DNA of 64,000 nucleotides, from the IMG/VR virus record IMGVR_UViG_3300034166_000560. The stretch is one strand, 5' to 3'. The DNA is from a virus. Both the position numbers and the translations under genes were made by a program. A model generated the notes under the pieces. That model was not told the origin of the DNA. It saw only the letters and a program-made list of their open reading frames with translations, and ran no database searches. Shown in pieces: positions 10,390 through 19,817 of the stretch. Numbering within the stretch: the stretch's first letter is position 1; each line of letters opens with the position of its first letter.

Positions 10390-11016
10390 TTATTTAAATT
10401 TTGGTCCCTCTACCCAAATCACTAAAGATTTTCTGACCCCTCTAATTACTGGCTTGACTTTATGCAAAAGAAACGAAGGAAAAGCGACGATTCTTCCTTT
10501 AGACAAAGGTAATACTTCTGCATTATCTTCACGGGAATAATTCAACAAAAAATCTCCGCCCACGAAATCTTTGCTTGGGTCAGACAATAACATCACTAAA
10601 CTCATTTTTCTAGTGTCTTCAGTTTTATTGTCATTTCTACCTAGAAAGGTGTCCATGTGCCAATCATACATTCCTTGATCTTCTGCAGAATAAACAGTGT
10701 ATTGAATTTGATTATAACCGTTTAAATCAAAACCATAAAACTCGTCGTTTATTCCTTTTATAGCGTTATTAAATCTATCGAATATCCAACCAGTTTCTTG
10801 ATTTCTTTGAATGAAATGTATCTTTGATCTTCTTATATCTGGTGTTTCTCTTAACTCTTCAGACCCAAAAGTTTTTGATTCTGTAAAATTAAAATTTTTT
10901 TCTAAAGAAATGATATTTTCCAATTCTTCATCGGAAAAAGGAATATTCCATAAAACGTATGGATATGTAGATTTTCTTCTATCAATCGGGTTATTATAAA
11001 TCATATTATATTGCAT
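10390..11016 (-). CDS. 2OG-Fe(II) oxygenase, prolyl-4-hydroxylase-like
   Basis: YDWHMD...RKMS...FPSFLLHKVKPVIRGVRKSLV: intact HxD...H triad and 2OG-binding Arg. Confidence 0.9.
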   Translation of the reverse strand: MQYNMIYNNPIDRRKSTYPYVLWNIPFSDEELENIISLEKNFNFTESKTFGSEELRETPDIRRSKIHFIQRNQETGWIFDRFNNAIKGINDEFYGFDLNGYNQIQYTVYSAEDQGMYDWHMDTFLGRNDNKTEDTRKMSLVMLLSDPSKDFVGGDFLLNYSREDNAEVLPLSKGRIVAFPSFLLHKVKPVIRGVRKSLVIWVEGPKFK

Positions 11017-11031
11017 GATAAAACTTTCTTT

Positions 11032-11382
11032 TTATACCATTGCTTCGAAACTATTATCTTTGTTTAATAAAGGTTTTGCTGAAATGAGGTCTGTTTTAAC
11101 TTGTGGGTCTAAAACTTCTTCTCTGAGTTTTAACCAATTAACTGGTGCATTTTTCTTTATGAAAAAATCTACTTCCTCTTCTGTAGGAATATTATTTTCA
11201 TAAAAGGTTAAATTATAGTCGGTGACGCATCTAGTTGGCCAACCATGTCTAGATAAACGTATTTTGCCGTTTGATTCGTATTCTGAGGCTAACATTTCTT
11301 CAGTTATTTTATCTGTCCAATATCTAACAACTATAGAATGTTGAGCCTCATCTATATTAAGAACCCTATAATTAATTTTCAT
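11032..11382 (-). CDS. Hypothetical protein, possible adhesin/fibre assembly factor
   Basis: 116-aa ORF coupled directly downstream of the Gly-rich adhesin; function inferred from position only. Confidence 0.6.
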   Translation of the reverse strand: MKINYRVLNIDEAQHSIVVRYWTDKITEEMLASEYESNGKIRLSRHGWPTRCVTDYNLTFYENNIPTEEEVDFFIKKNAPVNWLKLREEVLDPQVKTDLISAKPLLNKDNSFEAMV

Positions 11383-11383
11383 A

Positions 11384-12736
11384 TCACACCTTCGGACCGT
11401 TAATTGTTCCTGAATTTACGTAAATGATATTTGAGTTTCCGCTGATTGCAGAACCTTGAGATCCTGAAGCTCCAGTTGGTCCTGTCGCACCAGGAGATCC
11501 TGATGGCCCTGTCGCACCAGCAGATCCTGTTGGCCCTGTTGCACCCGCTGCACCTGTTGGCCCTGTTGCACCTGTTGGACCAGCTGCTCCGCCAGCACCA
11601 CCTCCAGCACCACCTCCACCAACATAGAATGAGTGAGCATCATACCAAGTAGAATCTGAATAAGTTCCGTGACCACCAGCATTACCAGCACCGCCGATGC
11701 TGCCACCGTGACCACCACCGCCACCATGCGAGTGATAACCATGATCGTTGACGTGGGAGTGTGCTCCACCACCACCGCCACCACCTGAGTGACCGCTACC
11801 AGAAGAACCATGTCCACCACCACGACCTGATGAACCGCCACCACCGACAGGGCTTCCACCACCACCGCCGCCACCGCCTCCGCCAGCGTTGAAGATGTGA
11901 CGACCACCGCCGCCTCCACCACCACCGCCACCGCCTCCGGTGCCGCCTGGACCTCCTGGACCACCTGCTCCTCCTGGACCTCCTGGACCACCAGCACCAC
12001 CTGATCCACCAGGACCACCTGGACCACCTGCGCCTCCAGATCCACCTGAACCACCTGAACCGCCAGTAATAGTGTTAGTGTTATTCAAAAGAATTTTAAT
12101 ACCTGAAACTGTATCAGCTTGTAAAGAAACACCACCAGTGCCACCAGAATTACCTGGACCACCAGCATTACCTGTACCACCTGGTCCGCCAGCGTTACCA
12201 GTGCCTCCAGTGCCACCAGCATTACCTGTACCACCTGTTCCACCAGCAGCACCAGCACCACCACCGCCACCAGCATTACCTGCGTTAACATCGGTATTGT
12301 GTCTATGACCTTCCCAATCTCCGTCCCAATGGTGACCTGTTGGACCATTCCAACCACCCCAGCCTCCGCCACCACCAGCACCGACTGAACCTGTAGAACC
12401 AGTACCTCCAGCGTTTCCTGGTGTTCCTGTGGCTCCTGCATTTCCCGCTGTTCCAGTAGTTCCAGTAGTTCCTGAAGATCCTGTTGTTCCTGAAGATCCA
12501 GTAGCGCCAGTTATAACAGCATTGTTTTTGATGTAAAGCCAAGAACCACTTTTCCAAGAAGTTCCTGTTTTAAATGCTGGATTAGCAGAACTAGAACTAG
12601 CAACGTTTGCATCAACGAAACAATAAACTGCTACGGGGAAAGCAGGATTTGACGCCTTTGAATACAAATCAACGTTGTTTTCAGCGGCGCTAATCTTAAC
12701 AACTTTAGTTGGTCTTGGTAAAGGTACAACAAACAT
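11384..12736 (-). CDS. Glycine-rich gp38-like adhesin with collagen-like G-X-Y segments
   Basis: Beta N-terminal domain (LYIKNNAVITG), polyglycine runs separated by short His/Trp/Tyr-rich loops, GPTGATGPTGAAGATG repeats; directly downstream of a fibre gene. Confidence 0.7.
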   Translation of the reverse strand: MFVVPLPRPTKVVKISAAENNVDLYSKASNPAFPVAVYCFVDANVASSSSANPAFKTGTSWKSGSWLYIKNNAVITGATGSSGTTGSSGTTGTTGTAGNAGATGTPGNAGGTGSTGSVGAGGGGGWGGWNGPTGHHWDGDWEGHRHNTDVNAGNAGGGGGAGAAGGTGGTGNAGGTGGTGNAGGPGGTGNAGGPGNSGGTGGVSLQADTVSGIKILLNNTNTITGGSGGSGGSGGAGGPGGPGGSGGAGGPGGPGGAGGPGGPGGTGGGGGGGGGGGGRHIFNAGGGGGGGGGGSPVGGGGSSGRGGGHGSSGSGHSGGGGGGGAHSHVNDHGYHSHGGGGGHGGSIGGAGNAGGHGTYSDSTWYDAHSFYVGGGGAGGGAGGAAGPTGATGPTGAAGATGPTGSAGATGPSGSPGATGPTGASGSQGSAISGNSNIIYVNSGTINGPKV

Positions 12737-14982
12737 TATTTTACATCCGTTAGATATGAGCCATAAAGATTAGTTCCATCAGAGATAAACGAGAATACGT
12801 CTCTTGCACCAACTGCTGTTGATAGAACTGGAGCGACACCAGCTGGCCATTTGAACACTGAGTTCCAAGTAATTCCATAACTTCCAGAACCGCCTTGGAT
12901 TACATGTAGTATATAGGTTCCCACTTTAAGGTTCGATGGAGCGCCCATGGTTCTTGAAGCTCCAATAGTGACTGTTGCTACCTGTCCAGAAGCAGTGTTC
13001 CAAGAAATAGTGGCTCCATCTGTTAGAGTCTGATTGAGAACGTTTGCCTGTGCAACGCTAACAGTTCCAGTAAAGGTTGGAGAAGCCAATGGAGCATAAG
13101 TGGAAGAAGCAGAAGATGTAGTCAGATAAGAAGCTGCTGCAACTCCACCAAGATATGAAGCGTTATTAGCAGTTAAACCACCAATACTTGAGGTTGTTAC
13201 GTATGAAGCAGCCGCTGTTCCACCCAGATAAGAAGAATTGTTCGAAGTTAATGCACTATTAACATTCAAGTTTCCTTCAGTCTTACCATAAGCAGTAGTA
13301 GCATTATTAACATTTAGATTGCCTTCTGTCTTGCCATATGCAGTAGTAGCATTATTAACGTTTAGATTACCCTCTGTCTTACCATAAGCGTATGTTGAGT
13401 TATTAGCAGTAGCAACGCTCAGAGAAGCCTCTGTCTTACCGTAAGGACCAGTGGCATTACCGATAAGAGTTGAGTTGACATACACACCAGAAGTGTTAGC
13501 TCTGAACCATACAGAACTTGTATTACCAGCAATAAAGTTATTGGCTTGGAAATTAGCTAAATGAAAAGAAGTATTAGTGGTGTCAATATAGGTATTAGCG
13601 TCTGGTTCTGGAAGATAACTATCGAAAACTTTCCAGATACCGTCAGAAGCATCTCTAAAGAATCCAGTATGTTGGTAAGTTCCATCGTTATAATTACCAG
13701 CAAAACCAATATCTGGGTTCGCAATAGTGTTATTTGCGTTCAAATAAATCATGGCGTCGACATATGACACTACGTTCGAGCCGATAATATTAACATTCGA
13801 ACCAACATAAAGATTACCAGAAACAGTAATATTACCGACTGTAATACTATCAGTAGACCTTACGTTCTGGTCCATACGATATGGAAGTCTAGCTTCAGCA
13901 AGAGTTCCACTAGAAATATTAGTAGCATTGGCTGCAAAGGTAGTAGCGTTAGTATATGCTGTTGCAGCATTACCTGTGATCGCAGCATTTGCTGTTAGAA
14001 TCTTGCCATCTACATAGGAAACAGCGTTAGTGTATGCAGCAGCTGCAGCTGTTTGAGCAGAAGCAGCACGAGTGTTAGCATCGATAGCTCTATCGTATGC
14101 ATTCTTAACAGTATTAGCGACTGGAATTAAGCTAATTGAAGTGTTGGTAACGGAGTCAAGTTTTAGGCCATCTACATAAGAAACAGCGTTAGTATAAGCA
14201 GTAGCAGCGTTGCCAGTAATCGCTGCATTAGCAGTTCCAATCTTTGTATCGGTGTACGATACAGCATTGGTATAAGCAGTAGCGGCGTTACCAGTTATAG
14301 CAGCATTGGCAGTTCCAATACTAGTGTCAGTATACGTTACAGCGTTAGAATATGCAGATGCAGCGTTTGTAGTAATCCAAGAAGATACATTAGCCACAGT
14401 AGCTGAAGAATTACCAAGATAGGTTGCTACGTTGGCAGTACCAGTAAAAGTAGCGCCGACAATAGTGTTACCAACCGTTAATGTTCCTGTGCTTGGAACA
14501 AAGGATAATCCAGAAGTTGCGACTACAGCGTTGGTCCAAGACCCAGAAGTTCCGCTAGAAAGTCCAATATAATAAGTTGTTCCATCAGTGTTATTAGCGT
14601 TAAGAGTAGCACCAGCAGTCGCCCAATAAACACTAGAACCATTTGAAAGAAGAGATTGCCCAGAAGATCCAAATCCACCATTAGCGGAAAGCCCAGCTGA
14701 AGTTCCGATAATAATATTAGCGTCATGAGTATGAACGCCTGTTATAGTATAAGAACCAGCAGTGTTCACATAAGAAGCTGCTGCAACGCCGCCTAAATTA
14801 TTGGCGTTGTTAGCAGTTCCTGGGTAGTTAGTATTGTTAACACTTCCACCGCTGATCGAAATACCAGTAGAGTTAATGCTGACGTTGCCGACAGCTATTT
14901 GACTTGTTATGGTTACGGTATTAGCGGCAGTGTTTACTGAAACTACCTGTCCAAAAGTACCTAACTGTTGATTCTGAGCCAT
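12736..14982 (-). CDS. Long tail fibre protein
   Basis: Ala/Asn/Thr/Ser-rich repeats; NPDIGFAGNY..HTGFFRD module; C-terminal domain also present in 28200..29990. Confidence 0.8.
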   Translation of the reverse strand: MAQNQQLGTFGQVVSVNTAANTVTITSQIAVGNVSINSTGISISGGSVNNTNYPGTANNANNLGGVAAASYVNTAGSYTITGVHTHDANIIIGTSAGLSANGGFGSSGQSLLSNGSSVYWATAGATLNANNTDGTTYYIGLSSGTSGSWTNAVVATSGLSFVPSTGTLTVGNTIVGATFTGTANVATYLGNSSATVANVSSWITTNAASAYSNAVTYTDTSIGTANAAITGNAATAYTNAVSYTDTKIGTANAAITGNAATAYTNAVSYVDGLKLDSVTNTSISLIPVANTVKNAYDRAIDANTRAASAQTAAAAAYTNAVSYVDGKILTANAAITGNAATAYTNATTFAANATNISSGTLAEARLPYRMDQNVRSTDSITVGNITVSGNLYVGSNVNIIGSNVVSYVDAMIYLNANNTIANPDIGFAGNYNDGTYQHTGFFRDASDGIWKVFDSYLPEPDANTYIDTTNTSFHLANFQANNFIAGNTSSVWFRANTSGVYVNSTLIGNATGPYGKTEASLSVATANNSTYAYGKTEGNLNVNNATTAYGKTEGNLNVNNATTAYGKTEGNLNVNSALTSNNSSYLGGTAAASYVTTSSIGGLTANNASYLGGVAAASYLTTSSASSTYAPLASPTFTGTVSVAQANVLNQTLTDGATISWNTASGQVATVTIGASRTMGAPSNLKVGTYILHVIQGGSGSYGITWNSVFKWPAGVAPVLSTAVGARDVFSFISDGTNLYGSYLTDVK
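13256..13445 (-). repeat. 48-bp coding tandem repeat (AYGKTEGNLNVNNATT, 3 copies plus 1 degenerate)
   Basis: Visible in both the protein and the DNA. Confidence 0.85.
13950..14360 (-). repeat. Coding repeats ANAAITGNAATAYTNAVSY
   Basis: Three near-complete copies plus partial AYxNAV units in the fibre protein. Confidence 0.8.
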
Positions 14983-15010
14983 GGCTTCCTTTTCCCATAA
15001 AATTCTGTTT

Positions 15011-15018
15011 TATTTATA
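15011..15018 (-). promoter_or_regulatory. Late promoter TATAAATA for the fibre/adhesin/oxygenase operon
   Basis: Exact TATAAATA about 30 nt upstream of the ATG at 14982. Confidence 0.8.
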
Positions 15019-15047
15019 TTTATTCTTTTTAACTTAATGGTTTGAGC

Positions 15048-16964
15048 TTATTCTGGTTTCGCCAAGAATCCATTAAAATACGTTATGTTTCCACCAGCAA
15101 CAGTAATATTTCTATCTGAACCAGACCCTTGTTGAACGAAAACTTCGAAATAATCTCCAGCTCCATTAGCATAAGCCAAAGTGCTGACGCTCATAGACCA
15201 AAAATCGTTTGCAAAATTTGTTCCAGAAGAGTTCCATCCACGTTTATACTCGGAACCATTTTTTCTAATAACAATCATACATTCTCCAGTTCCAGTGCTT
15301 CCATCGAATCGAACTGTAGAATTTAGTTGATAATAACCAGCAACTGTTGGTGTAAATCTCGAATTGGCAAAATTATTGTTGGTATCATAATCTTCTACTT
15401 GGAACAATGCCTTTTGCTGACTTCCCGAAGTTATAGTTTGAGTTATACTAGAATTCGGAGCCGCCGAGAACGCTACTATAGTGCTCTTAGCAACATAATT
15501 TGCTAGATTAGAACTTAGTTGTGCATTAGATACAACATTGGCGGCTGATACCGAACCAACGAAACTAGTATTATTAGATGTTAACGTGGCAACATTCGAA
15601 GACAACCCAGCAGTTGTTTGGTAGTTAGCTAGATTAGAACTTAGTTGTGCATTAGAAACTACGTTAGCAGCTGGTAGAGACCCAACAAATAGAGTTGAAT
15701 TCGCTGTTCCATTAATAGTCTGATTGAACGTTACTGTATTTGTGAACGTATGAGTATTAGTCCAGATAAACTGAGCGTCTGTATTTGCACCAGAAGCTGC
15801 AGGGTTTGAACCCCAATAAACAGCCGAACCATTAGATAGAAGAACTTGTCCAAGAGAACCTAACGAACCATTAGCAGAAACAGAACTGAAAGATACAGTG
15901 TTGCTGAACGTGTGAACGTTTGTCCAAGTATAAGCAATATCAGCGTTAGCAATAGCAACTTCAAGGGCTGTGTAAATTCCGAATGTTTCAATAACAGCGC
16001 CATTTGCTGGAGCTGTTGAGAACACGATACTAGATCCAGAAGCAGTATTTGCTTCTACACTTGACATTCTAACGCCGTTCAGATAAACAGAAAGGCGATT
16101 TGCGTTATATGTATTAGAAGAATTGAATACCGTTGTTACACCGTCTGCAGTAAATACGTCAGAAACATAACTTGCCAGAGGGCTGAGGTCTTTTATTCCA
16201 AATGCATCAATTACAGATCCACTAGTAGGAGCGGTATTGAAAATAATACTATTACCAGAAGAAACATCAATTTCAGAGTTAGAAGCTCTAACGCCGTTTA
16301 AGAAAACATTTAATTTACCAGTGTCGAAACCGCTAGGAAGAGAAAAAGTTGTTTCTGAACCGTCGCCAGAAAAATTATATTTAACGTGAGTTCCGTCTGT
16401 GCCGTCTAATTTATAACCAAAAAATTCAATTAAAGCTCCATTTGCTGGAGCAGTAGTAAACGAAACGTTTGAACCAGAGAAAACGTTTGCTTCTGAATCA
16501 TTTAACCTAATACCGTTGACGTAAACGCTTAAATTCTCGCCGTCGTAACCGCCAGTAATAGAGTATTCTGTTTTTACTCCATTACTTATTTCTGATTGAT
16601 TGATGTGCGGGATATCGATTGTGGCGCTGGGATTAGCCCAGTAAGCAGCAGAACCATTTGAAGTTAGAAATAATCCAGTATTACCGTAAGAATTGGCTGC
16701 TTTTAAATAACCTGATAAATCTAAATTTTTAATTATAGCGCTATTATTCGCTCTCAAATCAACGCTATAAATCAAATTAGCAGTCAATTGACCAGTATGA
16801 ATAATACCAACGTTTGAACCTAATTCGAAAACTGTGGTTCCATCCGAAGAGAATAATTTTCTATCTGTGAGATTGATTGCAAGCTCGCCAGTTGCGAGCG
16901 TAGAAGTATTAGGGAATTTACCTGCGACTGATGAGCGACGCAGTTTAAAAACTGTATTTGCCAT
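15048..16964 (-). CDS. Fibre protein with gp36/37-like N-terminus, three repeated beta domains and C1q/TNF-like tip
   Basis: FKLRRSSVAGKFP..LATGELAINLTDRKLF resembles the T4 gp37 N-terminus; 3x VYxNGVR..FxTAP; C-terminal AFSA..RFTPTVAGYYQL..YFNGFL. Confidence 0.75.
   Translation of the reverse strand: MANTVFKLRRSSVAGKFPNTSTLATGELAINLTDRKLFSSDGTTVFELGSNVGIIHTGQLTANLIYSVDLRANNSAIIKNLDLSGYLKAANSYGNTGLFLTSNGSAAYWANPSATIDIPHINQSEISNGVKTEYSITGGYDGENLSVYVNGIRLNDSEANVFSGSNVSFTTAPANGALIEFFGYKLDGTDGTHVKYNFSGDGSETTFSLPSGFDTGKLNVFLNGVRASNSEIDVSSGNSIIFNTAPTSGSVIDAFGIKDLSPLASYVSDVFTADGVTTVFNSSNTYNANRLSVYLNGVRMSSVEANTASGSSIVFSTAPANGAVIETFGIYTALEVAIANADIAYTWTNVHTFSNTVSFSSVSANGSLGSLGQVLLSNGSAVYWGSNPAASGANTDAQFIWTNTHTFTNTVTFNQTINGTANSTLFVGSLPAANVVSNAQLSSNLANYQTTAGLSSNVATLTSNNTSFVGSVSAANVVSNAQLSSNLANYVAKSTIVAFSAAPNSSITQTITSGSQQKALFQVEDYDTNNNFANSRFTPTVAGYYQLNSTVRFDGSTGTGECMIVIRKNGSEYKRGWNSSGTNFANDFWSMSVSTLAYANGAGDYFEVFVQQGSGSDRNITVAGGNITYFNGFLAKPE
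15497..15675 (-). repeat. Internal duplication encoding AANVVSNAQLSSNLANY twice
   Basis: GCTAGATTAGAACTTAGTTGTGCATTAGA occurs twice on the plus strand. Confidence 0.75.
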
Positions 16965-16981
16965 TCTAGGCTCTCCAATAA

Positions 16982-16997
16982 CTCAGTATATACTGAG
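16982..16997. promoter_or_regulatory. Perfect 16-bp palindrome CTCAGTATATACTGAG upstream of a fibre gene RBS
   Basis: Intergenic, just 5' of the GGAG RBS of 15048..16964; no U-tract. Confidence 0.5.
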
Positions 16998-16998
16998 A

Positions 16999-17526
16999 TT
17001 AAAATTCGTCAATTGGTTTCGGGGATTCCTTAATCTTAGGTTTCTTCCCTTTCAATTCTTCATTTTCTTTGAATAATATATTTAGTTCTTCGGTTTGTCT
17101 TTTATATTCTTGTTTTAATTCGTTTATTTCAGAAACAAGGTTGGATCGTTCTTCTTTACATTTCTCAGAATCATTTCTAATTTCAGAAAGTTTTTTCATC
17201 AAATCGTCATATTCTTTCTTTTTATTAGAAAGCATAATTTCTAAATTAGAAACAGTTTTTTCTAATTTTTGTTTTTCAACTGTAACAGCTTCGACACCAT
17301 TGGCGGCTTGTTGCATCAAATCGTTTTGTATTTCGACCTGTTTCTGAGATTCTTCGTATTTACTAGAAAGCTCGTTAACAGCTCTTGACAAATCTTCTGT
17401 TTTTAATTCATATTCAATATTTCTTCGGAGATGGTCCAGAAGCATTTTTTCTTGCTTCTGGATATATCTCTGTAAAGTATTTACTAGTTCTTCTAATCTT
17501 TTTACTTGACCTTCCACTTCATCCAT
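16999..17526 (-). CDS. Coiled-coil hypothetical protein
   Basis: E/K/L heptad-rich, 175 aa. Confidence 0.7.
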   Translation of the reverse strand: MDEVEGQVKRLEELVNTLQRYIQKQEKMLLDHLRRNIEYELKTEDLSRAVNELSSKYEESQKQVEIQNDLMQQAANGVEAVTVEKQKLEKTVSNLEIMLSNKKKEYDDLMKKLSEIRNDSEKCKEERSNLVSEINELKQEYKRQTEELNILFKENEELKGKKPKIKESPKPIDEF

Positions 17527-17544
17527 AGTATAATATTCCTGTCG

Positions 17545-19185
17545 TTAGAAAGAACCACCATCTAGTACGTCATATATCAATGCTGTTCCATTAGATTGTA
17601 GAACATATCCACTTGTTCCAAGAGCTAGTCTATCGTAACCATTTGATGTGTTACCTACTAGGATAGACTGACTTACTGTATTTTTCCAACCAGTACCACC
17701 CTCTGTTCCTGCAAGAGCAGTAGATAGGGTTAGGGTATTAGCAACAATACCAACAGCAAAAGTAGAATTAGCTACTAGATTTGCTGATGATGAATTGGTT
17801 GTTAGACCACCAGAATTTAAATAGGTATGTAGAACTGCTAGTGTAAATCCATTAGCAGCAGTATTAACATGGTTATTACCTGAAAGCTCTTGCTCAGAAT
17901 TAGTGAATAAACGCCATTCACCGTCAGTGTAAGAACGATAGAAACCAGTGTGTCTTTCAGTAACACCGTCAAAGTAATTAGCAGCAAGACCGATATCTAC
18001 AAGATCGCTAGTATAGTTATTACCAGCTAGGTAGATCATAGGATCAGAGATAACGACTGATTGAACGTTAGTTGTTACTAGATTACCAGTAACAAAGATA
18101 TCTCCGCCAACGTAAACAGAATTATCGAAATGACCTTCCACACCGTGAACATTACCGGCATGCATTTCATTCCATCTAAGCGTATTGTTACCAACATTAT
18201 ATGTTAGATTAGCGGAAGGAATGATGTTTGTATTAACTGCTGCAGTAATTGTAAGAATATCTGAGAAAGAATCACCAATTACAACGTTACCAGTTGTTGA
18301 TAGTTTTCCAGTAACAACATTAGCAAATGTTACACTATCGGAAGTTCCGACTGGCTGACCAATACTAACACCAGTAGAATTTACTGTAACACCAGTTCCG
18401 GCATCAACCCATACACCAGAAGAGTTAGAAACTAGACCACCGTCTAGACCAGCCTTAACTGCAACAGTTGAAGCATTTACTTCAACACCGTTACCAGCGC
18501 CAACATCTAGAGTTACTGTGCCTTCTGTACCACCACCGTTTAGACCGTCACCAGCTACAACTGCAGTGATAACATCAGATGCTGGATCTCTCCAGTATAC
18601 ACTAGTACCATTTGAATGAAGAACTTGACCGTTCGAACCGATAGAACCGTTGGCGTCAATACCAACAGAAGAACCAATGAATAGTCTGGTAGAATTAGCT
18701 ACAAGGGAAGAACCAACCTGGAATGTAGCAGCGTTAACAGTAGTTGTTAGAATTGTGTTCGAAACTGCAAGAGTGTTCGAACCCTTATCGAAAGTAAATC
18801 CAGCAGAAGCATTAGCTACGCCTGAATCGTTGAACTGAACTTGCGTGTTAGAACCAGTAGTACCAGTTCCCCAATAAACTGTAGAGCCATTAGAAACTAG
18901 AACCTGACCAGCTGTTCCAGTAGATCCATTAGCGGAAAGAGCGCCAACGACTGCATTAGCTACAATAACTTTATCGATACCACCAGTAGCATTAGCTACT
19001 AGAGCATGAGAATTGGTAAGTGTACCTGGATACTGAGCACCACCAATACGAAGAACACCAGAACCATCTGGAAGACCAATGTGGAGCGTATTAGAGGCTT
19101 GCGTGAACGCCAATTCACCGTTTGATAAGCCTGATACAACTGCGTTAGCTACCGAACGTTTGATTTGAATCTTATTATTAGCCAT
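17545..19185 (-). CDS. Fibre/structural protein
   Basis: KIQIKRS..LSNGELAF N-terminus; NTQVQFND motif; C-terminal LDGGSF. Confidence 0.75.
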   Translation of the reverse strand: MANNKIQIKRSVANAVVSGLSNGELAFTQASNTLHIGLPDGSGVLRIGGAQYPGTLTNSHALVANATGGIDKVIVANAVVGALSANGSTGTAGQVLVSNGSTVYWGTGTTGSNTQVQFNDSGVANASAGFTFDKGSNTLAVSNTILTTTVNAATFQVGSSLVANSTRLFIGSSVGIDANGSIGSNGQVLHSNGTSVYWRDPASDVITAVVAGDGLNGGGTEGTVTLDVGAGNGVEVNASTVAVKAGLDGGLVSNSSGVWVDAGTGVTVNSTGVSIGQPVGTSDSVTFANVVTGKLSTTGNVVIGDSFSDILTITAAVNTNIIPSANLTYNVGNNTLRWNEMHAGNVHGVEGHFDNSVYVGGDIFVTGNLVTTNVQSVVISDPMIYLAGNNYTSDLVDIGLAANYFDGVTERHTGFYRSYTDGEWRLFTNSEQELSGNNHVNTAANGFTLAVLHTYLNSGGLTTNSSSANLVANSTFAVGIVANTLTLSTALAGTEGGTGWKNTVSQSILVGNTSNGYDRLALGTSGYVLQSNGTALIYDVLDGGSF

Positions 19186-19221
19186 TAGATGGTCCTTTTG
19201 TTATTTTTATCTATTTATTAT

Positions 19222-19482
19222 TTAAAAAGTCCCACCGTCCAGGTCGCCCACGATATCGGTCATATTCAATTTCTGGACTATATATTTGTCGGTGACAGAA
19301 TCGTATACTGGAACCGCTCCAGATGTTTCTCCGCTAGGAGATACGTCTTTAAGCGCATCTAGTCTATCGACTCCAGAATTAATAGTAGGGACGCTTTTTA
19401 ACGTAACTGGGTTTGTGGGGTTAATCACCCCAGTAGAAGATTTTCTAGAAATAGAGACGTTTATGGTTTTGTTTATTGACAT
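19222..19482 (-). CDS. Small structural/connector protein
   Basis: LDALKDV..GAVPVYD repeat-type motif; C-terminal LDGGTF. Confidence 0.6.
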   Translation of the reverse strand: MSINKTINVSISRKSSTGVINPTNPVTLKSVPTINSGVDRLDALKDVSPSGETSGAVPVYDSVTDKYIVQKLNMTDIVGDLDGGTF

Positions 19483-19484
19483 CT

Positions 19485-19817
19485 TTATCTCGTTACATTA
19501 GGCGTTACAGTTACGATACCTTCAATAATTCTAGAAGTTGTATTTCCCGCAGCTTCGGTGACTTCTACATCGTAGACATATCTTCCAGCGGTTAGGTTTG
19601 CAGTCTGTCCGGCTGTTAAAGAAAGAGTTATAGTTCCTGCCACTGTGTTAACAGAAGAAGAAAAAGATATTGAATTAGAAGAAGTATACCATTTTCTCAT
19701 TTGAGAATTAGCAGTGTATCCTGCTAGATTTAAAATATCGCCGTTCTCGTCGGTCAAATCTAGAGTAACTTCGTATGTAGCGCCTTGGTCTATTACTAGA
19801 TTAGCTTTTGTTGCCAT
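19485..19817 (-). CDS. Ig-like virion structural protein
   Basis: ANLVIDQGAT..LAGYTANSQMRK..GRYVYDV..RIIEGIVTVTP pattern. Confidence 0.7.
   Translation of the reverse strand: MATKANLVIDQGATYEVTLDLTDENGDILNLAGYTANSQMRKWYTSSNSISFSSSVNTVAGTITLSLTAGQTANLTAGRYVYDVEVTEAAGNTTSRIIEGIVTVTPNVTR

Noticed and set aside
11416-12557. Alternative-frame and antisense ORFs, including the collagen-like PPGPPG ORF at 11940..12308 (+)
   Set aside because: Shadows of the GGT-rich adhesin gene; no RBS or operon context
13256-14360. Tandem repeats as a possible CRISPR array
   Set aside because: In-frame coding repeats with synonymous variation and no unique spacers; no cas genes
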